A DNA stretch of 63,805 nucleotides, the filler included, from Olpidium bornovanus S191 (taxonomy: Eukaryota; Fungi; Olpidiomycota), in NCBI GenBank assembly GCA_017911155.1. It is 30 parts of 30 records of this genome, joined end to end, with 100 filler letters (N's around TTAATTAATTAA, not from the genome) between each part and the next. Parts side by side here need not be neighbours in the genome. Positions count along the whole stretch, not along the records: positions 34,959 to 38,866 come from JAEFCI010001513.1; positions 38,967 to 39,990 come from JAEFCI010009828.1; positions 40,091 to 41,366 come from JAEFCI010008941.1; positions 41,467 to 43,318 come from JAEFCI010010320.1; positions 43,419 to 44,979 come from JAEFCI010001280.1; positions 45,080 to 46,339 come from JAEFCI010011391.1; positions 46,440 to 47,842 come from JAEFCI010013271.1; 23 more parts are not named here. The stretch is one strand, 5' to 3'. Position numbers and translations under genes: made by a program. This document shows positions 36,033 through 47,942 of the stretch, piece after piece (positions within the stretch are counted from its first letter, which is position 1; every line of letters begins with the position of its first letter). The notes beneath the pieces were generated by a model. The model was given only the letters and a program-made list of their open reading frames with translations, had not been told where the DNA came from and searched no databases.

Positions 36033-37377
36033 ATGATCAAGGCAAGTTGCGCTTTCTGCCGCGGGGACGCACGCCTCCCAGAGGAAGGGGGGATGCCTGT
36101 TGGTCCGCACCCGGAAAAGGCGCTGGTGGGGGAAGGGAGGAGCCAGGCAACCACCCGGAAACAGGAAACATGTGCATCCGTGAGCTGTCGAGAACGGCGC
36201 CAGTCATAAGCCGACCGGCTCCGTCTTCCCAACGCGTTTTACGTCTGGCATCCTTTTGGGTTGGCCGCACACAGATTTGGAGCTTGAAGAAAGACGCCGC
36301 GAATGTCGACAAAAAAAAGCCGAAGGTCAGCGCCGCGCAGATACGGCTGCAAAAAGGTACTTTGCGTTTGCCGTTTGATGAGATGGCCGGGTTTACCTCG
36401 GCCTCCCCCTTCAGTTAGTGAACCGCATGGCGAACTCCAAAATCCGGTTCTTTGCACACGTCGAGACCTTTCGGAGTTGGAACTCCCAAAGACGATGCAA
36501 ATGACGTTTCCGCAGCCCGACGACCTCCTGAACTTCGAACTGGTTATTACCCCGGACGAAGGTAAACTAATCCAGAGCTGGGCGCTGCCTTTGTTATTCT
36601 TTTCTTTTTGAGGGGTTGCCGTCGTAAGATTCTTAAAATGGGGCTCCGGTTGCTCTTGTTTGCGCCCACCTTCCGTAGGCTTCTACAAGGCCTACAGCTT
36701 TAGGTTCACCTTCGCTATCAACAACAACTACCCGCACGATCCCCCAAAGGTTCGGTGCACGCAGAAGGTAGGGGAGCTGGTCGAAGAAGTTGATCACTAC
36801 GCGTTGCGCGAATAAAAGAAAAACTTGTCAACTGACGCTTTTCGGGTGCCCTGCGTTCCGTGTAACCGAACTAGATATACCACCCGAACATCGACCTTGA
36901 TGGCAACGTGTGCTTGAATATTTTGCGGGAAGACTGGAAACCGGTACTGAGCCTGAACTCCGTGGTCGTCGGACTGCAGTACCTGTTCCTGGAGCCTAAC
37001 CCGGACGACCCCCTGAACAAAAGTGAGGGAAAAAACGTGGGGGGAGGGGGGATTGTTGTAACGAACTGCCATTCTCCCGTGGCAGATGATATGTAACCCC
37101 AACTCTACTTTTACGTCCGCGCGTGATCATATACAGCGGCTGCGGAAGATTTACGGTCAAGCCGTCGCTCTTTTGAGAACAACGTTCGCAGCGCGTGCGC
37201 AGGAAGAGTGGTGAACGGGGTCAAGGTAAGAGGAGGAGATGGCTTCGGCCAGGGAGAACGATTCTTCGGTTGTCAAACACGCCTGACGCAGGAACTCGGT
37301 CGGAAGACTATTCACTTTACACTCACCCCCCCCCCCATTTTCTCGTTTTTTCACTGCAGTTTGACAAGCTTACATAG
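36033..37377 (+). CDS. UBC12: NEDD8/Rub1-conjugating enzyme Ubc12, complete, 7 exons
   Basis: MIK|IWSLKK...[10 protein letters not shown]|LSELELPKT...ITPDEG|FYK...[13 protein letters not shown]|[25 protein letters not shown]...[11 protein letters not shown]|...FDKLT*. Confidence 0.96.
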
Positions 37378-38572
37378 CATTTTATGGGAATTATCACACG
37401 CAATACTCTATATCCTTACCCCTCCCGTTTTTCTCCCGGGTTGGTCTCTCACCCAGCTTTCAACCCTGCAGCTTTTCCCTCCACGCGCATTTACTCCTGT
37501 ACACATAAAATTCTGATTTTTCTAACGCCAAACCTCTTTTTCCTTTTTTTTTGTTTTGGTTCCTGGGAAATCGTAAAGTTGTACTTTCACGGGTGATATT
37601 CGTTCTGTTCGGTTTTCAGGGGATGTTTTTTTTATCTTTTTTTATGTTTGAAGGGCGGTTGTCAGCTGGCAAAGAGGCGCCGCGTGCGGGACTTCTGGGA
37701 TCACCCGTTCTTTTTCCGGGGGGCTCTTTCTTGGGCATGCCCGTGAGAAGAAGGCGGAAAGAAAATTGTCGGAAGTGTATCGCACTGTCTGCTCGAGGCT
37801 TCTTTTGTATTACGAGGGAACTCGGTATTCTACAAAAGGTCAACATGCACCCAGTGCATCCGCTCCGTCTCCCATTCCCCCTTTTTTCAACCCCCCGCCT
37901 CACTGGGTGCACCATGACGCCAATGGTCGATCCAAATCTATGACAGTTCATCGATTCTACCTTTCCAACCGGGGCCTCCCAGTGGTTTAACGTTTAAATT
38001 TTCGTTCGAGGGAATCTTGATGGAGACCTTTTGATGGCTGTCACCCCGATCATCTCCCCGAATTTGACAAATTATGTCTTGTCTAACAGCTTAGTAAAAA
38101 GACGTCAGCCGGGCTGTCCGAAGACGGGACGTGCTCAATCCGGATGAACCCCGTCCGCGGCGAATTCCTCATGTGTGGTATCAGATATCAATGACCTCAA
38201 CAACATTTTCGCATTGGCAGCGAGCTCGGCGGCGCCCGTACTGTGCATCCACCGGCAAGCCGGCTTGCCGATGACGCAATTTGTCGATTTGCCTAGCAAT
38301 CGAGCGCCGGCCATTGCCTCTTGCGCCACCGAAGAACTGGACAGGAATTCTTTCTTCACAGGAAGACGTCACAACACACTCTTGGCGCGTCAACCTCCAT
38401 CAACAATTGGGTTTCCTCTGAACTTGAACGATAGAAATCCTGTCACGGGGATTTCCCCGGCAGCCCCGGGCCCGGCCCGCATCGCGGGATGTGGAAAATC
38501 TCATTGGAGCGATCCTCGCCTGCCTTCGACGGCGAACGCCGAAATTCGATTTTGCTCCGCGCCGGTGCCGGT

Positions 38573-38615
<43 letters not shown>

Positions 38616-38967
38616 CTTTTTCTCCTTTTTTTTCTTTTTTTTTTTTTTCTTCCTCCTCCTCGTCCTCCTCCTCCCCCTTTTCCTCTCTCACTCTCTCTCC
38701 CTCTCTCACTCTCTCCCCCCCCCTTTTTTGGTTTCTTTTCGCCCCTTACACGCACGCGGCGTCTAAGTTTTTTCTTTTTTTTCTTATTTTTTTTTTGGAG
38801 GGGAAAGGGGGTGGTGGGGGGGGAGTTGGCCCCGGCAATTCCGGACGCGCCCTCCTTTTCCGCCCCNNNNNNNNNNNNNNNNNNNNNNNNNNNNNNNNNN
38901 NNNNNNNNNNTTAATTAATTAANNNNNNNNNNNNNNNNNNNNNNNNNNNNNNNNNNNNNNNNNNNNA

Positions 38968-39990
38968 CATGGAGCTGGAAGACCTGCAGGCGGAGGCCGA
39001 CCACGGCACCGCTGCCGTGCTGCGCGACATCTCCGAGGTCCTCAAAGATGCCGAGAGCTTCGTCGTCAACAAGGACATCGAGACCAGGTTCAGGACAATT
39101 TCCGACCAGATCGCCGACGCCGCGATCAAAGCAAGGAGTGAGTTTGTATGGCGTTGGCGGCGGTGGTTCTTAGGTTTTCTTTGCTTTCTGTTTTCTTTTT
39201 TCTTCTTCTTCTTTTTTCCTTGTTTTCTTTTGTCTTTTCTGTATTTTTCTATTTTTTCCTTTTTTTTCTTTTCATTCTTGTAATTTTCCCCCCTTTTTCT
39301 CCTTTGTTCTCTTTTGCTTTTTCCCCTTCATTTTCCGCCCTGTCCTTCTTGACCTTTTTGTATATTATTTTATCTTTGTTTTTATTATCGTTCATTTTAT
39401 TTTTCATTCTTTTAATTCTTATTATCAAACGTTATCTTTTTTTGTATCTCCTTTTTGTTTTTCTTTATTCTTTGTTATTATTTCTTGGTCGTTTATTCAT
39501 TCTTGCTGTTCTTTATTGTTTGTTTTCTCTTTTTGGTTGTTCTTTTTTTTCTTTTCTGTTGTTTTTTTTGGTTGTTCTTTTTTTGTTTTTTTCTTTTTTG
39601 TCGTTGTTTCCTCCGTTTTTTGTATTCCTTTTAATGTCTTTTCCATTTATTTGTTGTTTCTTTTCCTGTTTGTTTGCTTTTTCTCCCCACCATCTTTTGC
39701 TGATTTTCTGTTTTTTTATTGCTGTTTTCTCCTCGGTTTTCTGTTTTCTTCTGCGTGTTCCCGTTTTCTTTTTCCACGCGTTCTCGCTGCTCACTTTCTC
39801 TCAACCATATTCCAAAGGACAAACTCGCGGAGTGCGCATCTCCGTCGGAAAGGATCGCGTCAAAGGCCTGGGCACGGACGTCCTGCAGGCGTTCAATCAG
39901 CTGCTCCGGCTGGCCCGGAACGCCGCGTTCTCCCCCTCGTTCCGGAGGTTTGTGGTAAACGTCGTCGTGCTCATCCGTGACACGTTCATG
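38968..39990 (+). CDS. Fungal helical protein fragment (HAM1/DUF5923-like, tentative), two exons
   Basis: ELEDLQAEADHGTAAVLRDISEVLKDAE... and LLRLARNAAFSPSFRRFVVNVVVLIRDTF. Family assignment is from memory of the FRkll.d...l.RD pattern only. Confidence 0.4.
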
Positions 39991-40090
39991 NNNNNNNNNN
40001 NNNNNNNNNNNNNNNNNNNNNNNNNNNNNNNNNNTTAATTAATTAANNNNNNNNNNNNNNNNNNNNNNNNNNNNNNNNNNNNNNNNNNNN

Positions 40091-40132
<42 letters not shown>

Positions 40133-40205
40133 ATGCTCTCCCGTCATCCTTCTCCCCAACGAGCCCCACCCCAACCCGCCCCGACCCCAGCGGTTATAAC
40201 TTCTC

Positions 40206-41170
40206 ACTGCCAAAATCGACCAGCTCTTGCGTTTCGCGAAACTTGAACAGAAGCATCCCGTTCATGATCTTCTGCGCCCGGCGGTCCGGCCGCGTCGCCG
40301 TAAATTTGATCATCTCCGCTGTTTGCCCTTCGTTGAGCTTTTTGTTGAAACGCTGGCCGGGAAGGACTTCGCAGAATTCCATTGGAAACATTATGTCGCG
40401 GGAAGACACGACGCAAGGGCTGGAACGACCGCCCAAAAAGAAGGACGAAATAAAAAGAAAAACGGTAAAGGGGAGGGCGAGAGCGGGTGAGGAAGCCGGG
40501 GGGATATCGGCGCAAAAAAACATCGTCAACATAAACGAAACGAAAACAAAGCCCGCATCAGAGTTGTTTAGTCCCAAGCGACGATCTGGCGCGGGTCCGC
40601 CGCCCCCGCCGCCGGCGACACTCACAGCAACGGGAACTGGAGCTGCTTATTGTGGTGTGCGCGGAAATAGCTCTCGACCGTGAGCTGGTTCCCCTCGGCG
40701 TCCTGGAAGGCGGCGGTCCTCGCCGACATGGTGCTGAGCTTGAAGATCTTGTACCTCGGCTGGAACTCCCCGCGGTGCGTGAGCTTGACCTGGAGGCCTT
40801 TGAGCCCTCTCTCAAGCGTGCGCCGCACGGTTTCCGGGAACCCGCGCTGCAGGTTTGCCGGGCGCATCCCGAGCAGCTCCGAGATGTAGTCCACGAGGTT
40901 GCCCTCGCGGTGGACTGTGAGGCAAAAAAAAGACCGAAAAAAAGAAAAGACGACCGTGCGCTCTGATTTGATTTCTTGCGGAAGGCCGCGGCGAACGGAG
41001 GGAGGACGGGGGAGGGGGAGGGGGAGGGGGGGGGGTTGGAAGAGGGGCGGGGGGCTTTTCGTCTCCGGGATCTCAACGTAAAACAACAAAAAGAAAACTT
41101 CCGAGCCGGGGAAGGGGCGGGATCCGCCACGTACAGGCCTTCGCGCTGGTGTCGACGTTAAGCACCATAG
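40206..41170 (-). CDS. AGO: Argonaute, internal fragment (linker 1, PAZ, linker 2)
   Basis: LNVDTSAKA, LKGLQVKLTHRG, TVESYFRAHHNKQLQFP, FPMEFCEVLPGQRFNKKLNEGQTAEMIKFTATRP. Confidence 0.93.
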
Positions 41171-41466
41171 TGGCTGGAGTCGGCCTCACGGAAAGGAAAA
41201 AGCTTTTGCGAAATTTCCACCGCCCGACGCCCCCCCGCCCCCACCCCAAAAGACAACGAAACAAACAGGTTTGGCAGTCAGGGAATAAGCAGCAATTCCC
41301 CGTGTCCAAGTGGCGCGGGCAGACCGCGGCGAAAGGCGTGGTGGGGTGGGAGGGGGAGGGGGGGGGNNNNNNNNNNNNNNNNNNNNNNNNNNNNNNNNNN
41401 NNNNNNNNNNTTAATTAATTAANNNNNNNNNNNNNNNNNNNNNNNNNNNNNNNNNNNNNNNNNNNN

Positions 41467-42565
41467 CATGTCCTGGTAATACTGCTTGATCGTCGGGACG
41501 TCGACTATCCGCTTGACCGGGCCTGGATGGCGCGGGGATCTCAGGTCACTCGCGTGAACTTTGTGTCCGCGCGGCGTCAACCGGCAACTTGGAACGACAA
41601 ACTCCGCCCATACCTTCCTTGCGGTTCATGTACACCTGGTATACTCCCTCTTCGTCCATCGCAAAAGTGTAGTCCTCCTGGGGACCGGGTACCGTGAAGT
41701 GGCCGACGTCAAAATCCTCGCAGATGCTGTCAGCGGGGTCTGGACACTTGAATGTGGATTTCGTCTTCAAAAATGGGTCGTCCGCCTTGACCCAGTGCGG
41801 GCGTGGAGGAGCCGGATAAATCTCCCAGTCGTCTCTGTCTTTCGGATTGTCGCCGAACCGTTGTAATGACAGCTCCATGTACCTGTCGCGCAGCTTGAGG
41901 CACTGCCGAAAGCTACGGAGTATCTGCCGAAGCTCTTCCGTGACGTCGTCCGCTGTGGCGTAGATGCTGTCATCAGCCAGATCGCGTTGCAGCACACAAA
42001 AAACGCGCTCAGAACGCTGCTGTTGATCAGAAAAAGCGATGTCTTACTCAAAAGGTCCGGTACAGCGTGGCCGTAAAGGTTGGGGTGCAAGTGGTCTTTT
42101 CCGCCGTCAACATCAACAACGCCCTGCGACGACCAATGTGCGCCGTTTTCCTGGAGATGTTTCAGGACGGCTGAGACTATTGCTAACCGGAGCTTGTCTG
42201 CCCTGCAAAACCGTCGTCTGCAAAACGCCCCGGCCTGAGCAGAGAGCCTGCTGGGATCACTTACTCGGCGTATGGCGTTCTCGTGGCGGTCCCCGTGGAA
42301 AGGAGTTGCTTGGTCGTAATCCAGGCCGCATTCCGCCCTAGCTCCCGCCGACAAAGGCGGTGTGGCGATGCCGCTATCTGTGGAGGCTGTGGAGCTCCCG
42401 AAGTATTTCCCCGACCACGGCACCGGCGCCCTCCAACATGTCGACGGGAATGACGGCGACGGCTTACGGCCAGAGACAGGTGATGCAGGGGCCGATGAAG
42501 CTAAGGCAGCAGCGGCGAGAGTCGGCAAAATGGCATGGGGCGGGGCCGGCAGGTCTCCAGCAGCA

Positions 42566-42601
<36 letters not shown>

Positions 42602-42648
42602 GCAGCAGCAGAGGGTGCTGTGCCGGCGGACAGGACGGCTCCGAGCAT
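41467..42648 (-). CDS. AMD1: AMP deaminase, N-terminal part
   Basis: CLKLRDRYMELSLQRFGDNPKDRDDWEIYPAPPRPHW, FAMDEEGVYQVY, VPTIKQYYQDM. An upstream exon carries a poly-Ala tract. Confidence 0.92.
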
Positions 42649-42684
42649 GTGGGGCGCGGTCTATTTTTTTATTTTATTTTATTT

Positions 42685-42719
<35 letters not shown>

Positions 42720-43418
42720 GGCCCGCGGGCTGCGGGGAAGAACGGCTCCAGCGGACCGGAAAAGCGGGCGGGGGCGGAGGGGTGCGGGCGAGTGGGGCGA
42801 GGGGTGAGTGGCGGGGAAGCAGCGGTTCGGGATTTTTTTAATTTTTTTTTTTTTTTTAAAAAAAAAAAGGTTGTCATGGTGAACCACCCGCAAGAGCCTG
42901 AGCAAAGCTTCATCTTAAGCAAGAGGGACGGGGGGTGCTTGTCGACCGCGTCTTTGCCAGAGATGCGGTTCGCCCGATCGCCGTCACCTTGACATTGCCG
43001 CTGTCGGGGTGCTGGCGACAAAGTCATGCATGTATTCCTCAGCACAGCCGCGCAGCCCACCTGCTTGAGGAGCACGACGAATGTGCAAGAACGAAGTTAT
43101 GGCGGTATCGGCATTGAACGACGCGGGGGATTAAGACAGACTGCGCCGCCGGCCCATACCGCGCAAATTTGGCGCCGTTTAATGCCACCCATTTTTTTCA
43201 TGTATTAGGAACAAAAATCGACCTATGCCCAAAGTTGAGGCAACTTTACTTTGCGACGGTTTGTGCCGATAACGGGTGCCTAAGCCGTGGAACACGTGCC
43301 GGAAGGCGATCCGGGAGGNNNNNNNNNNNNNNNNNNNNNNNNNNNNNNNNNNNNNNNNNNNNTTAATTAATTAANNNNNNNNNNNNNNNNNNNNNNNNNN
43401 NNNNNNNNNNNNNNNNNN

Positions 43419-44698
43419 CATGACGATAAAACACGGACAGTCCTTCGTTGACATAGCGCTTCAGGAGCGCCACCTCGTCCGTTTCGAGGACTGGATTCAC
43501 CTCGGGGTCGTGATTTCGGAAAATGGAGCGGTCCCAATTTGGAGCACGCCACCTGGGAAGGTATTGTGCGGCAAATCCCGGCACAACAAAGTCCACCAAT
43601 TGCTGCGTAAATCGGTAAACTTCCCCTGTCGGTACCGTGACCACGAATAGCTTGTTGTTCTCCTTGTGCACGACCAAACCATGCGCCCTGTAGCTTCGCC
43701 TGCCAAACAAGAAACTAAGCTGATCCGCTCTGTACCGCCGCGACGCGAACGGGAAGGGGGATATTGAGCCTCACTTGCTTATCTGGACGAAATCACCAAC
43801 GGAAGCCGTCAGGAGGGAATCCTGGTGCGCAACGCCAATTTCTCCCGCGGTGTCCCAGAACAAGTCCAAATTGTCATCCTCTTCCAAAGCGTCCTTGTCC
43901 AAGTCCTGCAGCGCTTCTGCCGGGTTTGCTTGGAAGGCTACCGTGGGCGTCGGGTTCACGCGCGCGTCAAGCGTGACGTCCAAGAGGACGGCCCGCGGCA
44001 CGCGAGTTCCCGACAACGGCCTCGCCTGCGCCGCCGCTGGCGGGTGGCGGGCCGGCAGAGCCGGGAAAAAGCCCGTCGGCGGCGAAGTGTGCGGCCGCCG
44101 AGCGCCGGCAATAAACCTGCCCGGGCAGACAGGCAAACCAGCTGCCGCCGTTTCCGCCGCCGCCGCCGCCCGCGGGTGGCCGGGGCAAACCGCCTGCCAC
44201 GTGGCCGCCGGCCGGCACGGCGACGGCGGCAGCGACGACAGCGAGACGGCTCCGCGGCACGCTGCTTCGCGCCTCGGGGGCGCACGCCACCGCTGGAGGA
44301 GCTTCCGCGGAGCTCCAGGAGGAAGCGACAGCGGCGATGCCATGTGTCGCTGTCCGCGAACGACGGGGGTGGAGTGGGTGGGAGGAGTGGCCTAGGGGGT
44401 TGTGTTTGCGTGGTGTCAATTGTTTTTCTTTTTCTTTCTTTTTATTTTTTTTTTTCCTCTTGAGGTCGACAATGCGGGCGGGGGTGGTGGGCGTTGCACC
44501 TCCCGTCGGAGAAGAAACCCGCTCAGGGCGAAGCCAAAGGCCAACCCGCGCGGCAGCGCCGGCCTCTGGAGAGCAAAAGCTGTGGGCGAAGCAAAGAAGA
44601 AGAGGGGCAAGAAGAGCATCAAGCGATTCAACTGCAGCAAGATGTGGCGCACGCCGCGCGCCTCGCAAGGGAGCGCGAAATGAAAGAAGCGACGCCAT
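43419..44698 (-). CDS. Probable mitochondria-targeted protein, N-terminal part (tentatively Dss1/Cyt-4 RNase II-like)
   Basis: Presequence-like MASLLSFRAPLRGARRAP. Later exons SVGDFVQI|...HGLVVHKENNKLFVVTVPTGEVYRFTQQLVDFVVPGF. No catalytic motif on the contig. Confidence 0.4.
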
Positions 44699-46440
44699 CC
44701 CCCGAAGAAATGGAGCAATCAGACGGATTTGCGAAAGATACCGCTCGGGTGTACAAATGACGCCGGGCCTTTTATGGCCCGAAACAAAGTGGAAGGGTGT
44801 GGAGCATCGCCGTCATGCGGAGCCGGTGCAATCGGGTCTGACCCGATCGCCATCTGAGGCATGCGTATACGTGCTTCGTCAAAGGATTTAAGCGGCAATG
44901 GTCCCATAAGGCAGCTGGCTTGGCGGTCGCCATATTCCTTGACGACATCGTCATCGCTGACACCGACGGATGACTCGTCNNNNNNNNNNNNNNNNNNNNN
45001 NNNNNNNNNNNNNNNNNNNNNNNTTAATTAATTAANNNNNNNNNNNNNNNNNNNNNNNNNNNNNNNNNNNNNNNNNNNNAGCGCGCGACCGTGACGCGAG
45101 CGCACCGCGGGAATATTTGTTTTTTTCCGCCAAAGGACAAGCACGCGGATCCGCGACGCGGATCAATTAGCGTTTCGTGGGGGTGTGCCTCCTCCCCATG
45201 CCTTTTCCCCCCTTCCCCCCCCCCCAACACCACTTCCCCCTTCTTTGCCGCTCCCAGCTGCGGCCGGCGGGGGCTGCGCGTGTCAGGCGGGCGGATTCGG
45301 CGGTCGGGATTAGCCTGGGGAAGGAAGGCGGGGAGAAAAGGTCGGTGATAAAATCAGCGCACTCTGCGAACGCGGTTATTGGCGCAAGAACACGACACAA
45401 GTTCCCAGGCGGCGAAGCGACGCGCACGAACTGCGCGGAGTGTCGCGGCGTCAGTACTTGCTCCACAAAACTTCCTCTCCGTGAACGTCGTGCGTTTTTT
45501 TTTTATTGCGCGCAGTGGCCGGGCCGTGATAAGAACGAGTGAATCCAACGCGCGCGGCCTTGGCGGGAATGCCACATTGGAACTATTTGTTGCTGTACAT
45601 AATACGCTCTTTGCCGGGCCCTGGCTTTGCGCAAAGTTCCGCTCCCCTGTCCTGCTGATTTCATGCTTTGTCAACTCGCCAAAGCTGGGCTGCAGCGTTG
45701 GGAACGGCGTGCGTCTTTTTCGACCGCCCGGTTCCTCCTGCGTTTGTGCGGCTGTGGCTCCTTTATCCGCAGCCTCCCTCGCTTTTTTCTTGGGCGCCGT
45801 CACCCCGCTGGACTTCCTCGTACTTGGTTCGCCGTCCAGCGGTAGTCGCCGTTGGCCGTCGGCCTGTGTTTGCTGAATCTCCGGGGACGCATGAGCTCCG
45901 CCCGCGGGTTCGCCGTCGGGTGGGATTCGCCGTCCGTTGGCAAACTCTTCGTCTGCATGAGCTCCGCAGATTTTATTTTACAGTAATCCGGAAAGACTGC
46001 AGAGAGGTTTGTGGTTCGAGGAAACCGCCAACTCCCAGAGATATTGCCATTTGTCTCCGACCAGCTATCAAATGTTCTGCATTCTACCTAGCATAGCTCG
46101 TCCGCTGCTTGAGGACACTGGCACTGCCGCAGATCATTCTTTCTGCGACCTCGACATCCCGCAATCCATTGTGTAATTCCGCTTGCATTCCCTTTTCGTT
46201 TTTTTGTAATTTTTTTCTTTTGTCTTTTTCCCTTGTTTTTTATTTTTTTTTTGTTTGTTTCCTCGGTCTCATCTCGGGCAAGCTCCGAGAGCTTAACTCC
46301 TTCGCGGACGGCATTTTTGATACTCGTGGTCAAGCATGCNNNNNNNNNNNNNNNNNNNNNNNNNNNNNNNNNNNNNNNNNNNNTTAATTAATTAANNNNN
46401 NNNNNNNNNNNNNNNNNNNNNNNNNNNNNNNNNNNNNNNC

Positions 46441-46530
46441 ATGGCAGATGCCTTCACGAAGCGGCTTCCCGTCACTCGGTTCCAAGAAACCGTCGTTGAA
46501 ATGGACCTCGTCGCCGTCCGTCGCGCTTGA
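46441..46530 (+). mobile_element. Ty1/copia pol C-terminus (end of RNase H)
   Basis: MADAFTKRLPVTRFQETVVEMDLVAVRRA* matches the copia ADxFTKxL..F terminal motif. Confidence 0.8.
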
Positions 46531-46787
46531 GAAGGCTCCCTGACTCATTTACCACGTTATTTGCCTTACGCAAAGGCATTTTATCCTCTTCACGTCGTAC
46601 ATCATCAGATGACGTTGATTTTATTCTCTTCTTTTATTTTTTCATCATCATTTTTATCCTCTCACACACATCGCTCGCCCCTGACACTCTTTTGCACGTT
46701 GAGAAGGTTTTTCTCCTTTATTATTTATGTCTTTCCCTTTTATCTTCGCGAAAGGTCATCCTCCTCAGACAGCCTTTCGAAGGGGGG

Positions 46788-47126
46788 TGTTGACGCACAT
46801 TTCGTGTGTGTCACGTGACTGAGTTGGCGGGGTGAATCCAGCCAATCAGGGCTCTTCACACTGAACACCCTCGAGGAGACAGAAGTACCTTTCTCTGTCC
46901 TCTCTCTCCATAATCTCTCATAGCTGAACCACGCACACAATACAAAAAGTAAAGATCAGAACGGACCAGACCCCCACTGTCCTCTGAGCTCGGCTGTGAC
47001 TCGGCCGGGCTCGTCAACTTTCACGGCCGGCACCCCTCCACATCCCATATACTCTCTCCGCCAGGCCAGGCGAAAAGAGTACGGGGGGTGTGATGCGCCG
47101 CGCTCGGCAGGCGGTCGGTGCGGACA
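46788..47126 (+). mobile_element. Copia LTR (339 bp) with PPT upstream and PBS-like sequence downstream
   Basis: GAAGGGGGG (46779-46787) directly precedes TGTTG. The element ends GGACA and is followed by TC-TGGTAACCCGCCGGGGG (47129-47145). Confidence 0.65.
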
Positions 47127-47942
47127 TCTGGTAACCCGCCGGGGGCCATGCGGAGAAAACCCCCGCTCGTCGGGGATTAATTCTCCCGGTGTTAGGGGCT
47201 TTCCCCCTTTTCTCCCTTCCCCCCGGAGACGCCACAACCAACCCCCCCCTCCCCCCCCCGAAACCGCCAACACCCCCCAACCCCCCGAAACCGCCAACAC
47301 CCCCCAACCCCCCCGCAAACTGTCAATGTCCTCTCAACGAGGACGTCGGGAACAGCTGGGGCCAAAGACGGCGACGCCGCGCAAAGACCAGCGAGGGCCG
47401 CGCGGAGTCCGCGCGGTATACCTCGTAGGAAAGACCCCGCCAGCAACATAGATAGAAGGCAGACGGTGGCGCGCTGTGCTGTGGCACGGCCCTTGAACCG
47501 CCCGTCGACCGACGCCACGGAAGGCGGGCGGCAGGCGAAGGACGGCAGGCGCAGGGCAAAGGGCGAGAGGCGGGCGAAGGGCGGAGGTGGCGGCGGGATC
47601 GAGGGCAGGACGGCCCCCGAACCCGGGGGCCGACCAATAGAATAATCCCCCTCGAAGCCCGCCAATCGAAGAGCTCTTTCCCCTTTCCCCCCTCAAAGCC
47701 CGCCAATCGAAGAGCTTTCCCCCTTTCCCCTTCCCCCCCCAGCGCCACACGCGGGAGCCCCCGCCAACCATAACCCCCCCTCAGACTGCCCCCTGCACCC
47801 CACCGCATGACCTCCAGACCAAGACCAAGACGGTGTGTATAGNNNNNNNNNNNNNNNNNNNNNNNNNNNNNNNNNNNNNNNNNNNNTTAATTAATTAANN
47901 NNNNNNNNNNNNNNNNNNNNNNNNNNNNNNNNNNNNNNNNNN

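Noticed and set aside
38253-38270. Perfect 18-bp palindrome CGGCAAGCCGGCTTGCCG
   Set aside because: Isolated, GC-rich and without associated structure; plausible by chance.
39148-40038. Phe/Leu-rich membrane-protein-like ORF (also 23710-23994)
   Set aside because: Falls in T-rich low-complexity intron sequence with consistent splice sites on both sides; probably partly degraded base calls after poly-T.
45354-46339. Minus-strand ORF fragments in contig 45080-46339
   Set aside because: No recognisable domain or consistent exon chain; left unannotated.
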